A stretch of DNA of 62,008 nt from positions 1 to 62,008 of the forward strand of contig CAZJVM010000008.1 in NCBI GenBank assembly GCA_964549305.1, read 5' to 3'. Under the pieces are notes generated by a model that worked only from the letters and a program-made list of their open reading frames with translations, did not search any database and was not told where the DNA came from. The position numbers and the translations under genes were made by a program. Positions 45,508 to 55,736 of this stretch are shown piece by piece. Source of the stretch: an uncultured bacterium. Lineage in GTDB: Bacteria; Schekmanbacteria; GWA2-38-11; J061. Numbering within the stretch: the first letter of the stretch is position 1; the number at the start of each line of letters is the position of its first letter.

Positions 45508-45975
45508 TTATATAATTCCTTTGTCCTGAAAAACCTGGCTGATGATGTCAAATATCCCTACAAGCCCGATGAGAGTTCCGTTTTTGTCTACAACGGGGAG
45601 TTCTTCCTTTTTGTGAAGTTTCATTATGTCGAAGGCTTCTTCCATCGGTGTTTCTTCATCAAGGGAAACAAAGCGTCTGTCCATAATGTCTTCAACGACT
45701 ATAAGTCTTCCCATGTCCGGGGACATAGGCACATTGAAGATATCTGCTTCTTCCTGCTCAACGAAGGGCATTCTTTTAATAATTTCATTCTTTACCGGGC
45801 TGAATATGCTTATAATATCTCTGAATGATACGATTCCCAAAAGCTTGTTGTCATCATCTGTGACGGGTACGAGAGGAAAAAGGTGAAAGTCTTTGAACAG
45901 GGTTAAAAGCTCTTTGAAAGTGGTCGACCTTTTTACGGATATAACCTTTTTTGTCATTATATCCCTAACGAGCAT
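45508..45975 (-). CDS. CBS-domain pair protein
   Basis: VRDIMTK.VISV, VPVTDDDNKLLGIVS, VEDIM, LPVVDKNGTLIGLV. Confidence 0.88.
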   Translation of the reverse strand: MLVRDIMTKKVISVKRSTTFKELLTLFKDFHLFPLVPVTDDDNKLLGIVSFRDIISIFSPVKNEIIKRMPFVEQEEADIFNVPMSPDMGRLIVVEDIMDRRFVSLDEETPMEEAFDIMKLHKKEELPVVDKNGTLIGLVGIFDIISQVFQDKGII

Positions 45976-46226
45976 ACTTCATCTCCTTGGCTTTCGGGGT
46001 TGTCAAGTTTTGAAAAGCGCGGATTAAATAACTTTCAATATCCATCAATTATAAAAGTATTAAAAAAAGGAAAATAAGGTTGTCAGCGGTTTGTAAAAAT
46101 CTATAGCCAGCCGGCAAGATAAGACAATTATGATTAAAATTATTATCAGAAAAATGTAGTTTTGTCCACAGGATTTTAGTATTCTGAGTTGAAGATAAAA
46201 TTTTAGATTTTGTATAAGCTATTGAA

Positions 46227-46853
46227 ATGAAGATTAAAATCTGCGGAATTACAAACAGCGAAGACGCGCTTTTCTGCGCGGAAAAAGGCACTGACGCGCT
46301 GGGCTTTATATTTTATGAAAAGAGCAGGCGCTTTGTCAGTCCGGGAAAAGCCGCTGAGATAATATCCCACCTGCCGCCTTTTGTAAGTAAAGTCGGTGTT
46401 TTCGTAAATGAATCCCGCGACCGTATTATGAAAACAGGAAAACTCTGCGGACTTGATTATTTGCAGTTTCACGGTGATGAAACTCCGGAGTTTGTTGATT
46501 CATTTGAAGGATTCCCTGTAATCAAAGTCATATCCGTAAATGATGAAAGAAGCATAGAAAAGATGGCTTACTACAATTGCTCATCATTTCTTCTCGATAC
46601 TTTCTCGAAAGACGCGCGCGGAGGGACAGGTAAAACATTCAACTGGAATCTTGCTCTAAAAGCCAAGGAATACGGCAGGGTAATCCTCTCCGGAGGTCTT
46701 GGCCCGGAAAATGTCGCTGAAGCGATTGATAAGGTTTCGCCCTACGCGGTGGACGCGTCGAGTCTCCTTGAATCGAAGCCCGGAAAAAAAGACCATGTCG
46801 CGGTAGCGGATTTTATAAAAAACTGCAGAAGAGCATTTTTGAAGCAAATCTGA
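46227..46853 (+). CDS. trpF: phosphoribosylanthranilate isomerase
   Basis: KIKICGIT, GFIFYEKSRR, VGVFVN, LQFHGDE, LLDT, GGTGKTFNW, LSGGL.PENV, VDASS..ESKPGKKD. Confidence 0.95.
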   Translation: MKIKICGITNSEDALFCAEKGTDALGFIFYEKSRRFVSPGKAAEIISHLPPFVSKVGVFVNESRDRIMKTGKLCGLDYLQFHGDETPEFVDSFEGFPVIKVISVNDERSIEKMAYYNCSSFLLDTFSKDARGGTGKTFNWNLALKAKEYGRVILSGGLGPENVAEAIDKVSPYAVDASSLLESKPGKKDHVAVADFIKNCRRAFLKQI

Positions 46854-46873
46854 AAAAATGCGGAATTGAAAAT

Positions 46874-47359
46874 CTAAAGAGTTATAAGCCGCGCCATTCT
46901 GCTTTCGGTGTCAAAGATTACTGCGGTTTTCCTGCCCGTTACCCATCCGCATAACTCTCCGGGATTGATGATAAGTGTATCGCTTTTTTTGTCTCTTACG
47001 GGAGAATGAGTGTGACCGTATATTACGATATCATAAAGACCCGATTCAGCGACGGGAAGGGCTATTTCCTCTCTGTGGGCAAGAAAGTATTTTACTCCGT
47101 CGATTTCGCCTGTGCGCGGTTCATCGGTGATTTCACCTTTACCTGATATAAGCGCTTTAAGACCTTCCCTTTCTCCGTCATTGTTGCCGAAGACTGAAAT
47201 GATTTTCTTCCCGAGGGGAAAAAACGCCTTCAGGGCAAAGGGGGCAACGATATCTCCCGCATGAAGCAAAAGTTTGACATTCTCTTTTTTGAAGGTATTT
47301 ACCATTGATTCAATTGCCGTGATATTATCGTGTGAATCCGCCGTTATTCCTATTATCAC
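46874..47359 (-). CDS. YfcE/MJ0936-family metallophosphoesterase
   Basis: ADSHDN, HAGD, GNND, YGHTH, INPGE. Confidence 0.9.
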   Translation of the reverse strand: MIIGITADSHDNITAIESMVNTFKKENVKLLLHAGDIVAPFALKAFFPLGKKIISVFGNNDGEREGLKALISGKGEITDEPRTGEIDGVKYFLAHREEIALPVAESGLYDIVIYGHTHSPVRDKKSDTLIINPGELCGWVTGRKTAVIFDTESRMARLITL

Positions 47360-47472
47360 TTTCTGATGCTCCTTTTTTATTTATATTTTGGAAATAAAAT
47401 ATTATAAGATTAAATATTGATGTCAACGGTATATGAATATTTGTTTTTCAGTAATTTATCAGGAGTTTATAG

Positions 47473-47904
47473 ATGCGAATACTTGGACTTGACATAGGAG
47501 AGAGAAGAATAGGCGTTGCCGTAAGCGATGAAACGGGAATCATCGCGCGCGGACTTGAAACGATAGACAGAAAGAACGAGTACAGCGCAGTTGAAAAAAT
47601 TTCCGAACTCATTAAAAAATATAACGCGGAAAAGGTTGTTTACGGAATGCCATATAAGAAAGACGGTAGTGTAGGCGAGCAAGGCGAAAAAACGCTTTCT
47701 TTCGTTTCCCAATTTAGTGACTGCGCCGATGTTGAATTTATTAGATGGGATGAAAGATATTCCACAAAGGAGGCGACAAGGACGCTCATCAAAGGCAATG
47801 TGAAGCGCAAAAAAAGGAAAACTCTAAAGGATAAGCTTTCTGCCATAATTATTCTTCAGGGATATCTTGACTCAGCGACTTTCAGAGAGGAGAGGGCGGA
47901 GTGA
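47473..47904 (+). CDS. ruvX: Holliday junction resolvase-like / pre-16S rRNA nuclease YqgF
   Basis: MRILGLDIGERRIGVAVSD, GMP, WDERYST, D..SA.IILQGYL. Confidence 0.93.
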   Translation: MRILGLDIGERRIGVAVSDETGIIARGLETIDRKNEYSAVEKISELIKKYNAEKVVYGMPYKKDGSVGEQGEKTLSFVSQFSDCADVEFIRWDERYSTKEATRTLIKGNVKRKKRKTLKDKLSAIIILQGYLDSATFREERAE

Positions 47905-48920
47905 AAACATTTTTGAAAGTGGTTTTGGCGGTTCTCGTTATTTCGGGAATATGGGGATACAAAATTTATTACGTGTTTAAGTCCACTCCCTATTCATCAA
48001 ACCACAGGACCGTGATAGTTAATATTAAAGACAATATGTCCACCGAGAAAATAGCGAAGCGGCTTAAAAGGAAAAAATTAATATCGAGTGCTCTTCTCTT
48101 TAAGGTGATGACCGTTGTTGAAGACAAGTCAACAGAACTTAAATCAGGAGAATATGAAATCAGAAGAAATATGAGCCCCGAAAAAATAATGAATATGCTC
48201 GTAAAAGGCGAGGTGCGCCGTTATTCCTTTACATTTCCCGAGGGTACGCGCATAGAAGATATGGCGGCTATCCTCGAGAAGGACGGATTTGTTGATAAAG
48301 AAGAATTCCTGAAAATCGCGAGGGACAGGGATTTTATAAAATCACTGGGCATCGATTCCATATCCGCTGAAGGATATCTTTTTCCTGACACCTATTCATT
48401 TACAAAGCAGACGAGCGCGCGGTTCATAATAAGGACTATGTATAAAAAATTAAGAAAAATCATCACTCCCGAATATGAGGCAAAAATGAAGTCTATGGGT
48501 ATGACCCTGCATGATACTCTTACCCTTGCCTCGTTGATAGAAAAGGAAACATATCTTGATGAAGAAAGACCGTTGGTTTCCGCAGTATTTCATAACAGAC
48601 TCAAAAGAGGAATGCTCCTTCAGTGCGATCCTACGGTGATTTACGCCCTTAAGAAATTTTCTTCCAGACTTTACAGAAAAGATTTGAAATACGATTCTCC
48701 TTACAATACCTACCTTTATCCGGGACTGCCTCCAGGTCCCATCTGCAATCCCGGGGAAAAGTCCATAAAGGCGGCTTTAAACCCGGCAAATGTGGATTAT
48801 ATGTATTTTGTCGTAGAGAAAGAAGGCAGGCATACATTTTCGAAAACTTACAGCGAACACCTCAATGCCGTAAAAAAATACAGGCTAAGTAAAAGAGCAG
48901 GAACCGATGCGACTCCGTAA
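47901..48920 (+). CDS. mltG: endolytic transglycosylase MltG
   Basis: N-terminal TM, TFPEG, EGYLFPDTY, LASLIEKE, VFHNRL, LQCDPTV, SPYNTY..PGLPPGPICNPG. Confidence 0.95.
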   Translation: MKTFLKVVLAVLVISGIWGYKIYYVFKSTPYSSNHRTVIVNIKDNMSTEKIAKRLKRKKLISSALLFKVMTVVEDKSTELKSGEYEIRRNMSPEKIMNMLVKGEVRRYSFTFPEGTRIEDMAAILEKDGFVDKEEFLKIARDRDFIKSLGIDSISAEGYLFPDTYSFTKQTSARFIIRTMYKKLRKIITPEYEAKMKSMGMTLHDTLTLASLIEKETYLDEERPLVSAVFHNRLKRGMLLQCDPTVIYALKKFSSRLYRKDLKYDSPYNTYLYPGLPPGPICNPGEKSIKAALNPANVDYMYFVVEKEGRHTFSKTYSEHLNAVKKYRLSKRAGTDATP

Positions 48921-50175
48921 ACCCGAGCTTCTTGCTCCTGCGGGAAATTTCGAAAAACTCAAAACAGCTATTCATTTCGGTGCCGATGCCGTCTATGGGG
49001 GAGTGAAGGGATTCAGTCTGAGAAGCATTTCGGAGTTTGACGAGAATGAAATCCTTCGGTCGATAAAATATGTAAAGGAAAGCGGAAAGAAGCTTTATCT
49101 CTGCCTCAATCTTTTCGCAAAAAGCGATGATATTGCGCGCCTTGATAAATTAGTTCCTTTTTTCAGGGACAATGCTCCCGATTCATTCATAGTTTCAGAC
49201 CCCGGAGTGGTGAATTTCCTTAAAGACAATCTCCCGCAAATCCCAATTCATTTAAGCACACAGGCAAATACCACCAACTCTTCATCGGTAAAATTTTGGA
49301 GGGACCCGGGAGGCGTAAAAAGAGTTACCCTTGCCCGTGAGTTGAATATGGAGGAAATAAAGAAGATAAGAGAAGATGTCCGTGATGTTGAACTTGAAGT
49401 TTTCATTCACGGCGCGCTTTGCCTATCCTATTCGGGAAGATGCTACCTTAGTGAATATCTTAACAAAAGAAGTGCTAACAGGGGGGACTGCACGCAACCC
49501 TGTCGTTGGAAATACAGCCTGAACGAAGAGACAAGAGAGGGTATTTATTTCCCCGTAGAAGAGGATGAAAGAGGCACATTCATAATGAACTACAGAGATT
49601 TATGCCTTGCAAAAAAGATTCCGGAGTTGATTTTGACAGGAATTGATTCATTCAAAATCGAGGGAAGAAACAAAAGCTCGTACTATATTGCTTCTGTCGT
49701 AAGGGTTTACAGGGATATCATAGACAGCTTTATGAAAGAGCGTGAAAGTTTCAGATTCAGAGATGAGTGGGATGAAGAATTGCGTAAAGTGAGTCACAGA
49801 GGATATACGGAAGGATTTATGGGGGAAAGTGAAGATGAGGACAATTTTTTCTATGACCATAATTACGTTCAGAATTACAAACCCGTTGGTATTGTGAGAG
49901 ATATTGAAAAAACTTCAGACGGGAAAAGCGTAGTGATGGTTGATGTAAGGAATAAAATTGAAAAGGGCGACGAGATAGAATGTATTTCACCTGAAATGAA
50001 GACTCTTTCATTTACTCCCGGTGCTATAAGGGCAAATAACGGTGAGATAATTGAAAGCGCCAATCCCGGAATGTCCGTCAAGATTGAAATTTCCGCAGAT
50101 TATCTTCTTCCCGGTGATTTTTTGAGGAAAAGGGAAATTGACCGGGAAAAAATAAAAAAAGGCCAACCCCTTTAA
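48907..50175 (+). CDS. peptidase U32 family (TrhP/YegQ-like tRNA hydroxylation protein)
   Basis: PELLAPAGN, GADAVY, IHLSTQAN, LAREL, HGALCLSYSGRC, NRGDCTQPCRW, KIEGR. Confidence 0.9.
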   Translation: MRLRKPELLAPAGNFEKLKTAIHFGADAVYGGVKGFSLRSISEFDENEILRSIKYVKESGKKLYLCLNLFAKSDDIARLDKLVPFFRDNAPDSFIVSDPGVVNFLKDNLPQIPIHLSTQANTTNSSSVKFWRDPGGVKRVTLARELNMEEIKKIREDVRDVELEVFIHGALCLSYSGRCYLSEYLNKRSANRGDCTQPCRWKYSLNEETREGIYFPVEEDERGTFIMNYRDLCLAKKIPELILTGIDSFKIEGRNKSSYYIASVVRVYRDIIDSFMKERESFRFRDEWDEELRKVSHRGYTEGFMGESEDEDNFFYDHNYVQNYKPVGIVRDIEKTSDGKSVVMVDVRNKIEKGDEIECISPEMKTLSFTPGAIRANNGEIIESANPGMSVKIEISADYLLPGDFLRKREIDREKIKKGQPL

Positions 50176-50189
50176 TGGAGTTGGCCTTT
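50158..50189. terminator. bidirectional terminator hairpin
   Basis: AAAGGCCAAC/GTTGGCCTTT stem between the convergent U32 and cytochrome c genes. Confidence 0.7.
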
Positions 50190-50207
50190 GAGATTACAAA
50201 TAACTCT

Positions 50208-50510
50208 TTACTTCTTTACATACTTCCATATGCTTTTAATTGATTTTTTCTTGAGTGAACTAAAAGGAGGCATCCCCCCATCATTTCCTTTCTTTACTTC
50301 TTTTTTGAAATGCTTGAAAGACTCTTTCCTAATGCTTTTGTTTACACAGCACTTTGCGCCTTTACCTCTTTTGCCATGGCAGGATTTACAGTTTGAATTA
50401 TAAAGTTTTTTCCCCTTTGCGGCAAATGCTTTGTTTTCCGTGGTAATCTGCACAAGTCCGATAATTGCAACGAAATAAAGGGCAATCAAAACCGAAAAAC
50501 TTTTTTTCAT
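50208..50510 (-). CDS. small class I monoheme cytochrome c
   Basis: Signal peptide ending AFA, GKKLY..NCKSCHG (CxxCH), distal GGMPPF, AAGGAG RBS. Confidence 0.85.
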   Translation of the reverse strand: MKKSFSVLIALYFVAIIGLVQITTENKAFAAKGKKLYNSNCKSCHGKRGKGAKCCVNKSIRKESFKHFKKEVKKGNDGGMPPFSSLKKKSIKSIWKYVKK

Positions 50511-50714
50511 AACTTGCTCCTTAGTTTATGAGTTAAATTAAAACGAATACCCAAACATATGTAACATTATCATTTATGAAAATTTTTTGTCAAGGGAATC
50601 ATCAATTCTGATTTTTCAAGTTGCAAAATTTTACAAATAAGAATATTAAATTAATATCGCTGTATTTAGAATACATTAAAAGCCATTCAATAATATTTTA
50701 CTGGAGTTTTTTTA

Positions 50715-53348
50715 TTGAGAAAAATATCGGTTTATTTTCCCATTGTTATTTTTTTTATTTCTTCGGTTTTTTTACCTTCCGCGCACTCTGCGGAAATTAT
50801 CTGGAAAGGTTATATTCAAAACGATAAAGGCGGAAAGATTGCAGTTGAAAAATTCAGAAAAGCCGGCAAAGTTAAAAAGATTTACCGCGATACAACGGGA
50901 AAAGTCCTCAGTCCCGATGATATTTGGAGTGTGCCTCAATCAAACAAGGATAAAATAACGGAAAACCTGAAAAAGCTCATTTCCCTGAGCAGTCAGAATG
51001 ATTTAATTCCAGTAATAGTTTTTCTTAAGGAAATACCTCTCGGTGAAATAGCAAAAGCGGTTGACAACAAGTATGGGGGACCCGTGAATAATATAAACAT
51101 TCAGGCATCATCGTCTTATGACAATATAAACGGGCTTGATATTATCTCAACGAAGAAAAGGCGCGATATCCTTGGCGAAATAAAGAAATACGCCCAAAAC
51201 GACATATCCGACGCGGAAAATTATCTTGCTCAAAACGGTGCAGTCGTAAAAAACCGGCTTTTGTCGTTGAATGCGGTGTCTGCCATTGTGCCCGTTTCTC
51301 TCGTAGATAAAATTTCAGCGCTTCCTTCCGTTTCAAAGATTGACGAAGATAAGCTGATGAAGGGAGGGCTTTTTGTAAGCGCCCCTTCAATCGGTGTTTC
51401 CGCTTTCTGGAATAATGGATTTACCGGCGGTGTGTGGGATGTCGCTGTACTCGATTCAGGCGCCGATGCCTCTCATCCCGCTTTTTCCGGGCGCAAGTTT
51501 GAAAACCATGTTGACCTCGATATTGCGTCCGCATCATCGTACTTCAATGACGATAAATTCACTTCCGACGACCTTCACGGTCACGGCACCGCAGTAAACG
51601 GAGTTGTGGGAAGTCTTGGAAGCGCAGCCAATCCGAATAATCTGGGCGTCTCCTACGGCATAGATACATTGCTGAATTTAAAAAGCGGATTTCTCGGCAC
51701 TGACGGCGGAGTGTGGATGTATTGGAGCGATGCCATAGATAATGTTGACTGGGGACTTTTTTCCGCAAATGAGCCGGCAGATGTATTCAATCACAGTTAC
51801 GGCACTGCAACTTCGCAGGACGATTCCACTCTTGCCCGTTTCTGGGACGCCGTTGTCGATAGTATCGGGGCAAGTGTGGCTATTTGTGCGGGAAACAGCG
51901 GCACGGGAATAAACAAGATATGGGAACCGTCCATAGCCTACAATGTCATATGCACGGCGGCAATAGATGACAAGGGCACTGTTACGAGGACCGATGATTC
52001 AATAACATCCTTTTCAAGCAGGGGTCCTACGGCGGGGGGTCGCAAAAAGCCCGATTTGTCGGCGCCGGGAAACGCCATTTATTCTCCCAATCACTTTTGG
52101 GAGACGGGTTCCGAGTTTAAAAACGCTTATGGCACGAGCTTTGCTTCACCTCATATTGCAGGCGCTTGTGCCCTTATGATGGATGCCGGAGTGACAAGTC
52201 CGAAGGCGATAAAAGCGGTACTCATCAACAGCGCCGAAGACAAAGGTGTTTCGGGATGGGATACGGAATACGGATGGGGATATGTTGACCTTAACAAAGC
52301 TTGGCTTGAAAGGAATAATTATTTGATTTCGAATGTCCTTCCTTCGGGAAATCCGGGAAGTTTCAAGCTTTTCAGGGGATATATGCAAAGCGGAAACAGG
52401 GCAACTCTTGTCTGGCACAGGCATCAGTTTTATAATCCCGGAGGAAACTATCCTGTATGGTATTACGGTCCCAATGACCTCGATATGGAGATGTACAGGG
52501 AAAGCGATAATACTCTTCTTGCCACTTCCGCTTCGGGGATTGACAATGTTGAGCAGGTAAAGTCAACGGCAAACGGTTTTGACATAATCAAGATTTTTAC
52601 GCCGGATGCTGCATTCAGCGCGGTCTCTTCAGAAGAGTTTGCTCTTGCCGCGTCGGGAGGATTATCGGAAGTGACCATTGCGCCCGATGTTTCCGCAGAG
52701 GTGCCTTCTTCGGTAATGCCGGATGAAACTTTTATTATCTCCGCGGTAATAACCAATACGGGAAATGTGACGGCGCACTTTTGCTATGAAACTTTATCGC
52801 TCCCTCCCGGATTTTCTTTGGTGGGAGGAATAAATCCGCGGAATTTGGGTTCGATGAATGCGGGCGCAGTGAGAAACGCTTCGTGGACGGTAAGGGCAAC
52901 AAATAGCGCGGGAGATTACAATCTTACTCTATCCTTTGAAAGCGCTTCATACGGGGAAGTAATTACATCATCAACGATATATCCGGTAACTGTCAATTTC
53001 ATTCCTTCAGCAATAGAGCTTTCATCGTTTAATGCGAAACAGAAAAATAAAAAGATTATAATACGATGGAAAACGAGCTCGGAGATTGACAATCTCGGAT
53101 TTAATATCTGGCGAAGCGAGAGGGCGGATTCGGGTTTTGTGACGATAAACAAAAATCTCATAAAGTCAAAAAGCAAAGGCATCAGCGGCGAGAAATACAG
53201 GTTTTCCGATAAGAGTGCAAAAAAGGGAAAAATCTATTTTTATAAACTCGAGGATATTGACAGAAACTCGGTAAGCAGGTTTCACAAATCAGATAAAGTA
53301 GCCGTAAATCCGAAATATTTCAGAAAAAATAAGAAGCGAAAGCGTTAG
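50715..53348 (+). CDS. secreted S8 (subtilisin-like) serine protease with C-terminal Ig-like domains
   Basis: Signal peptide; triad VAVLDSG / HGHGTAV / GTSFASPH; AGNSG, FSSRGP, KPDLSAPG; C-terminal IELSSF..WKTSSEIDNLGFNIWRS domain. Confidence 0.9.
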   Translation: MRKISVYFPIVIFFISSVFLPSAHSAEIIWKGYIQNDKGGKIAVEKFRKAGKVKKIYRDTTGKVLSPDDIWSVPQSNKDKITENLKKLISLSSQNDLIPVIVFLKEIPLGEIAKAVDNKYGGPVNNINIQASSSYDNINGLDIISTKKRRDILGEIKKYAQNDISDAENYLAQNGAVVKNRLLSLNAVSAIVPVSLVDKISALPSVSKIDEDKLMKGGLFVSAPSIGVSAFWNNGFTGGVWDVAVLDSGADASHPAFSGRKFENHVDLDIASASSYFNDDKFTSDDLHGHGTAVNGVVGSLGSAANPNNLGVSYGIDTLLNLKSGFLGTDGGVWMYWSDAIDNVDWGLFSANEPADVFNHSYGTATSQDDSTLARFWDAVVDSIGASVAICAGNSGTGINKIWEPSIAYNVICTAAIDDKGTVTRTDDSITSFSSRGPTAGGRKKPDLSAPGNAIYSPNHFWETGSEFKNAYGTSFASPHIAGACALMMDAGVTSPKAIKAVLINSAEDKGVSGWDTEYGWGYVDLNKAWLERNNYLISNVLPSGNPGSFKLFRGYMQSGNRATLVWHRHQFYNPGGNYPVWYYGPNDLDMEMYRESDNTLLATSASGIDNVEQVKSTANGFDIIKIFTPDAAFSAVSSEEFALAASGGLSEVTIAPDVSAEVPSSVMPDETFIISAVITNTGNVTAHFCYETLSLPPGFSLVGGINPRNLGSMNAGAVRNASWTVRATNSAGDYNLTLSFESASYGEVITSSTIYPVTVNFIPSAIELSSFNAKQKNKKIIIRWKTSSEIDNLGFNIWRSERADSGFVTINKNLIKSKSKGISGEKYRFSDKSAKKGKIYFYKLEDIDRNSVSRFHKSDKVAVNPKYFRKNKKRKR

Positions 53349-53481
53349 AGCTTGATTTTCGCAGATTCACGGGGAAATATCCAGGTTGTAGCGACAGTTC
53401 CCGTAAGAACAATTTACGAAGAAACGTCGGGATTGTTGAAAAGCGGTAAAATGTCATAAATCCGGGACCGGTTTTACTTCC

Positions 53482-54132
53482 CTATGCCTGATGATGTTTT
53501 ATGTTTTTCCCTTCAACCATAAAAATCACGTCTTCGCAGATATTCGTCGAAAGGTCGGCTATGCGCTCGAGATTCATCGCTATTTTAATAAGCTGAAGGG
53601 CTCGCTCGATTGTTGAAGGGTCGGAAGTCATATAGGTTACAAGCTCTCTGATTATCTGCTCTTTAAGACCATCTACTATATTATCTCTCTCGCATACATC
53701 GCGTGCTAATGATATATTTTCATCAATCAATGCGGTAACGCTGTCCTTTAGCATCGAAATGGATACTTCTGCCATTCTCGGAGTGTCTATGAGGGGTTTC
53801 ACGAATATGTTTTCAATGAGATAAAGCCCGCTTTCGGCAATGTTTACGGCGTGGTCGCCTATTCGTTCAAGGTCATTGTTTATTTTTGCGAACATCAGTA
53901 TTGTCCTCAGGTTTTTTGCCTTTGGCTCAAACTGGGCAATGGATATAGTGCATAACTCATCGATTTCAACTTCTCTCCTGTTTGCATCGGGCTCCATTTT
54001 GTCTATTACTTTTTTCAAGAGTGAGCTGTCTTTTTTAATCAATCCGCCAACGCTTGAATCTATCATTGCCTCCACGAGTCCCGCATACTCAACTATTTCC
54101 CTCGTTAATTCTTTTAATTTTTCGTTAAGCAT
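53482..54132 (-). CDS. phoU: phosphate signalling protein PhoU
   Basis: DLERIGDHAVNIAE and NLERIADLSTNICE repeats. Confidence 0.95.
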   Translation of the reverse strand: MLNEKLKELTREIVEYAGLVEAMIDSSVGGLIKKDSSLLKKVIDKMEPDANRREVEIDELCTISIAQFEPKAKNLRTILMFAKINNDLERIGDHAVNIAESGLYLIENIFVKPLIDTPRMAEVSISMLKDSVTALIDENISLARDVCERDNIVDGLKEQIIRELVTYMTSDPSTIERALQLIKIAMNLERIADLSTNICEDVIFMVEGKNIKHHQA

Positions 54133-54143
54133 AATTTCCCCTC

Positions 54144-54902
54144 TTATCCGAATTTTCCCGTAAGGTATTCTTCGGTCTTTTTATTTTCAGGCACTGTGAA
54201 CATCTTTTCGCTTGTGCCGAATTCTATCAGTTCTCCCAGATAAAGAAATGCCGTGTAATCGGAAATTCTTGCCGCCTGCGCGATGTTGTGCGTAACCATG
54301 ATTATGGATACATTTTTTTTAAGCTCTCCGATTAATTCCTCGATGCGTGCTGTCGCTTTCGGGTCGAGTGCCGATGTGGGTTCATCGAGAAGTATCGCTT
54401 CGGGATTCATTGCCAATGCCCTTGCGATGCATAATCTCTGTTGTTGTCCTCCTGAGAGAAACGTGCCGCGCCTGTGAATATTATCTTTTACCTCGTCCCA
54501 CATTGCCGCCTTTTTCAGCGAATCTTCTACTATGCGGTCCTTTTCCGCTTTTGCCGTTTTAATTCCGTTGAGCTTGTATCCGGCAATAACATTATCATAA
54601 ATGCTCATCGTGGGGAAGGGATTGGGGCGCTGGAAAACCATACCGATTTTTCTGCGAAGCACAATTGGATTGATTGAATAAATGTCTTCGCCGCGAAGAT
54701 AGATCTTTCCCCTTGTGGATGCTTTGGGCGTCAATTCGTGCATTCTGTTGATGCATCTGATGAGAGTAGTTTTTCCGCATCCCGAAGGTCCCATTATTGC
54801 CGTAACCCTCTTTTCAGGGATTTCGAGATTCACATTCTTCACTATGAGATCTTCGCCGTATGACGCGGAGAAATTTTCTATCTTTAAAACCTTATTTTCC
54901 AT
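54144..54902 (-). CDS. pstB: phosphate ABC transporter ATPase
   Basis: Start at MENKVLK (54902); GPSGCGKT, GMVFQRPNPFP.MSIYDNV, LSGGQQQRLCIARAL, DEPTSALDP, TEEYLTGKFG. Confidence 0.95.
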   Translation of the reverse strand: MENKVLKIENFSASYGEDLIVKNVNLEIPEKRVTAIMGPSGCGKTTLIRCINRMHELTPKASTRGKIYLRGEDIYSINPIVLRRKIGMVFQRPNPFPTMSIYDNVIAGYKLNGIKTAKAEKDRIVEDSLKKAAMWDEVKDNIHRRGTFLSGGQQQRLCIARALAMNPEAILLDEPTSALDPKATARIEELIGELKKNVSIIMVTHNIAQAARISDYTAFLYLGELIEFGTSEKMFTVPENKKTEEYLTGKFG

Positions 54903-55732
54903 TTTCTTACCACTAATTTTGAGATTATATTCAGCATCAGCACCAAAGCAATCAGCACAAGTGACGCGCCCCAGGCAAGTTTCTGCCATTCCTCATAAGG
55001 GCTTATCGCATAGGTAAATATCAGATGGGGGAGAGAATTCACCGGTTTTAGTATGTTGGCATTCATAAAGGGGTTTCCGAACGCGGTAAAGAGCAGAGGG
55101 GCGGTTTCGCCCGCGATTCTTGCAATGCCGAGAAGTATTCCTGTCATTATTCCGCTCAATGCGGCGGGAAGAATTACCTTCAACACCGTTTTGTAATAGG
55201 GTACGCCCAGTGCAAGCGATGCTTCTTTCAGTGAATCAGGCAGAAGAATAAGTGTTTCCTCAGTTGCTTTTATAACAAGGGGAAGCATCATCATCGAAAG
55301 GGCGATACCGCCAGAAAGCGCGGAAAAATGTCCCATCGGTTTTACCACCCAGACATATGCTATTATTCCGATTACTATTGAGGGAATACTCTGGAGCGAT
55401 TCCGCGCAGGAACGCACCGCGCCCGAAAGCTTTCCTTTTCTTTCCTCCGAGATATAAAGCCCCGCGAGGATTCCCGACGGCACTGAAATCACGCAGGCAA
55501 TGGAAATGAGCATAATAGTCCCCACTATGGCATTTGAGATTCCTCCTCCCGCTTCACCTACGGGTTTTGGAAGATTTATGAGAAAATTCCAGCTTATCGA
55601 TGCTATTCCTCTCTGTACGATATAAAAGAGGATGAAAAAAAGAGGCATAATGGATGCAAGGGAAATGAGGATGATAATGCCCTTGAATAAAGCGTTCTTT
55701 ATTATTCTCGATGTGGTTTTGCTTTTATTCAT
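54884..55732 (-). CDS. pstA: phosphate ABC transporter permease
   Basis: GGISNAIVGT, IPSIVIG, EASLALG, ARIAGETAPLLFT, AWGASLVL. Confidence 0.95.
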   Translation of the reverse strand: MNKSKTTSRIIKNALFKGIIILISLASIMPLFFILFYIVQRGIASISWNFLINLPKPVGEAGGGISNAIVGTIMLISIACVISVPSGILAGLYISEERKGKLSGAVRSCAESLQSIPSIVIGIIAYVWVVKPMGHFSALSGGIALSMMMLPLVIKATEETLILLPDSLKEASLALGVPYYKTVLKVILPAALSGIMTGILLGIARIAGETAPLLFTAFGNPFMNANILKPVNSLPHLIFTYAISPYEEWQKLAWGASLVLIALVLMLNIISKLVVRKWKIRF

Positions 55733-55736
55733 TTTG

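Noticed and set aside
54903-54989. N-terminal extension of pstB in the ORF track
   Set aside because: It overlaps pstA; family similarity starts at MENKVLK (ATG at 54902).
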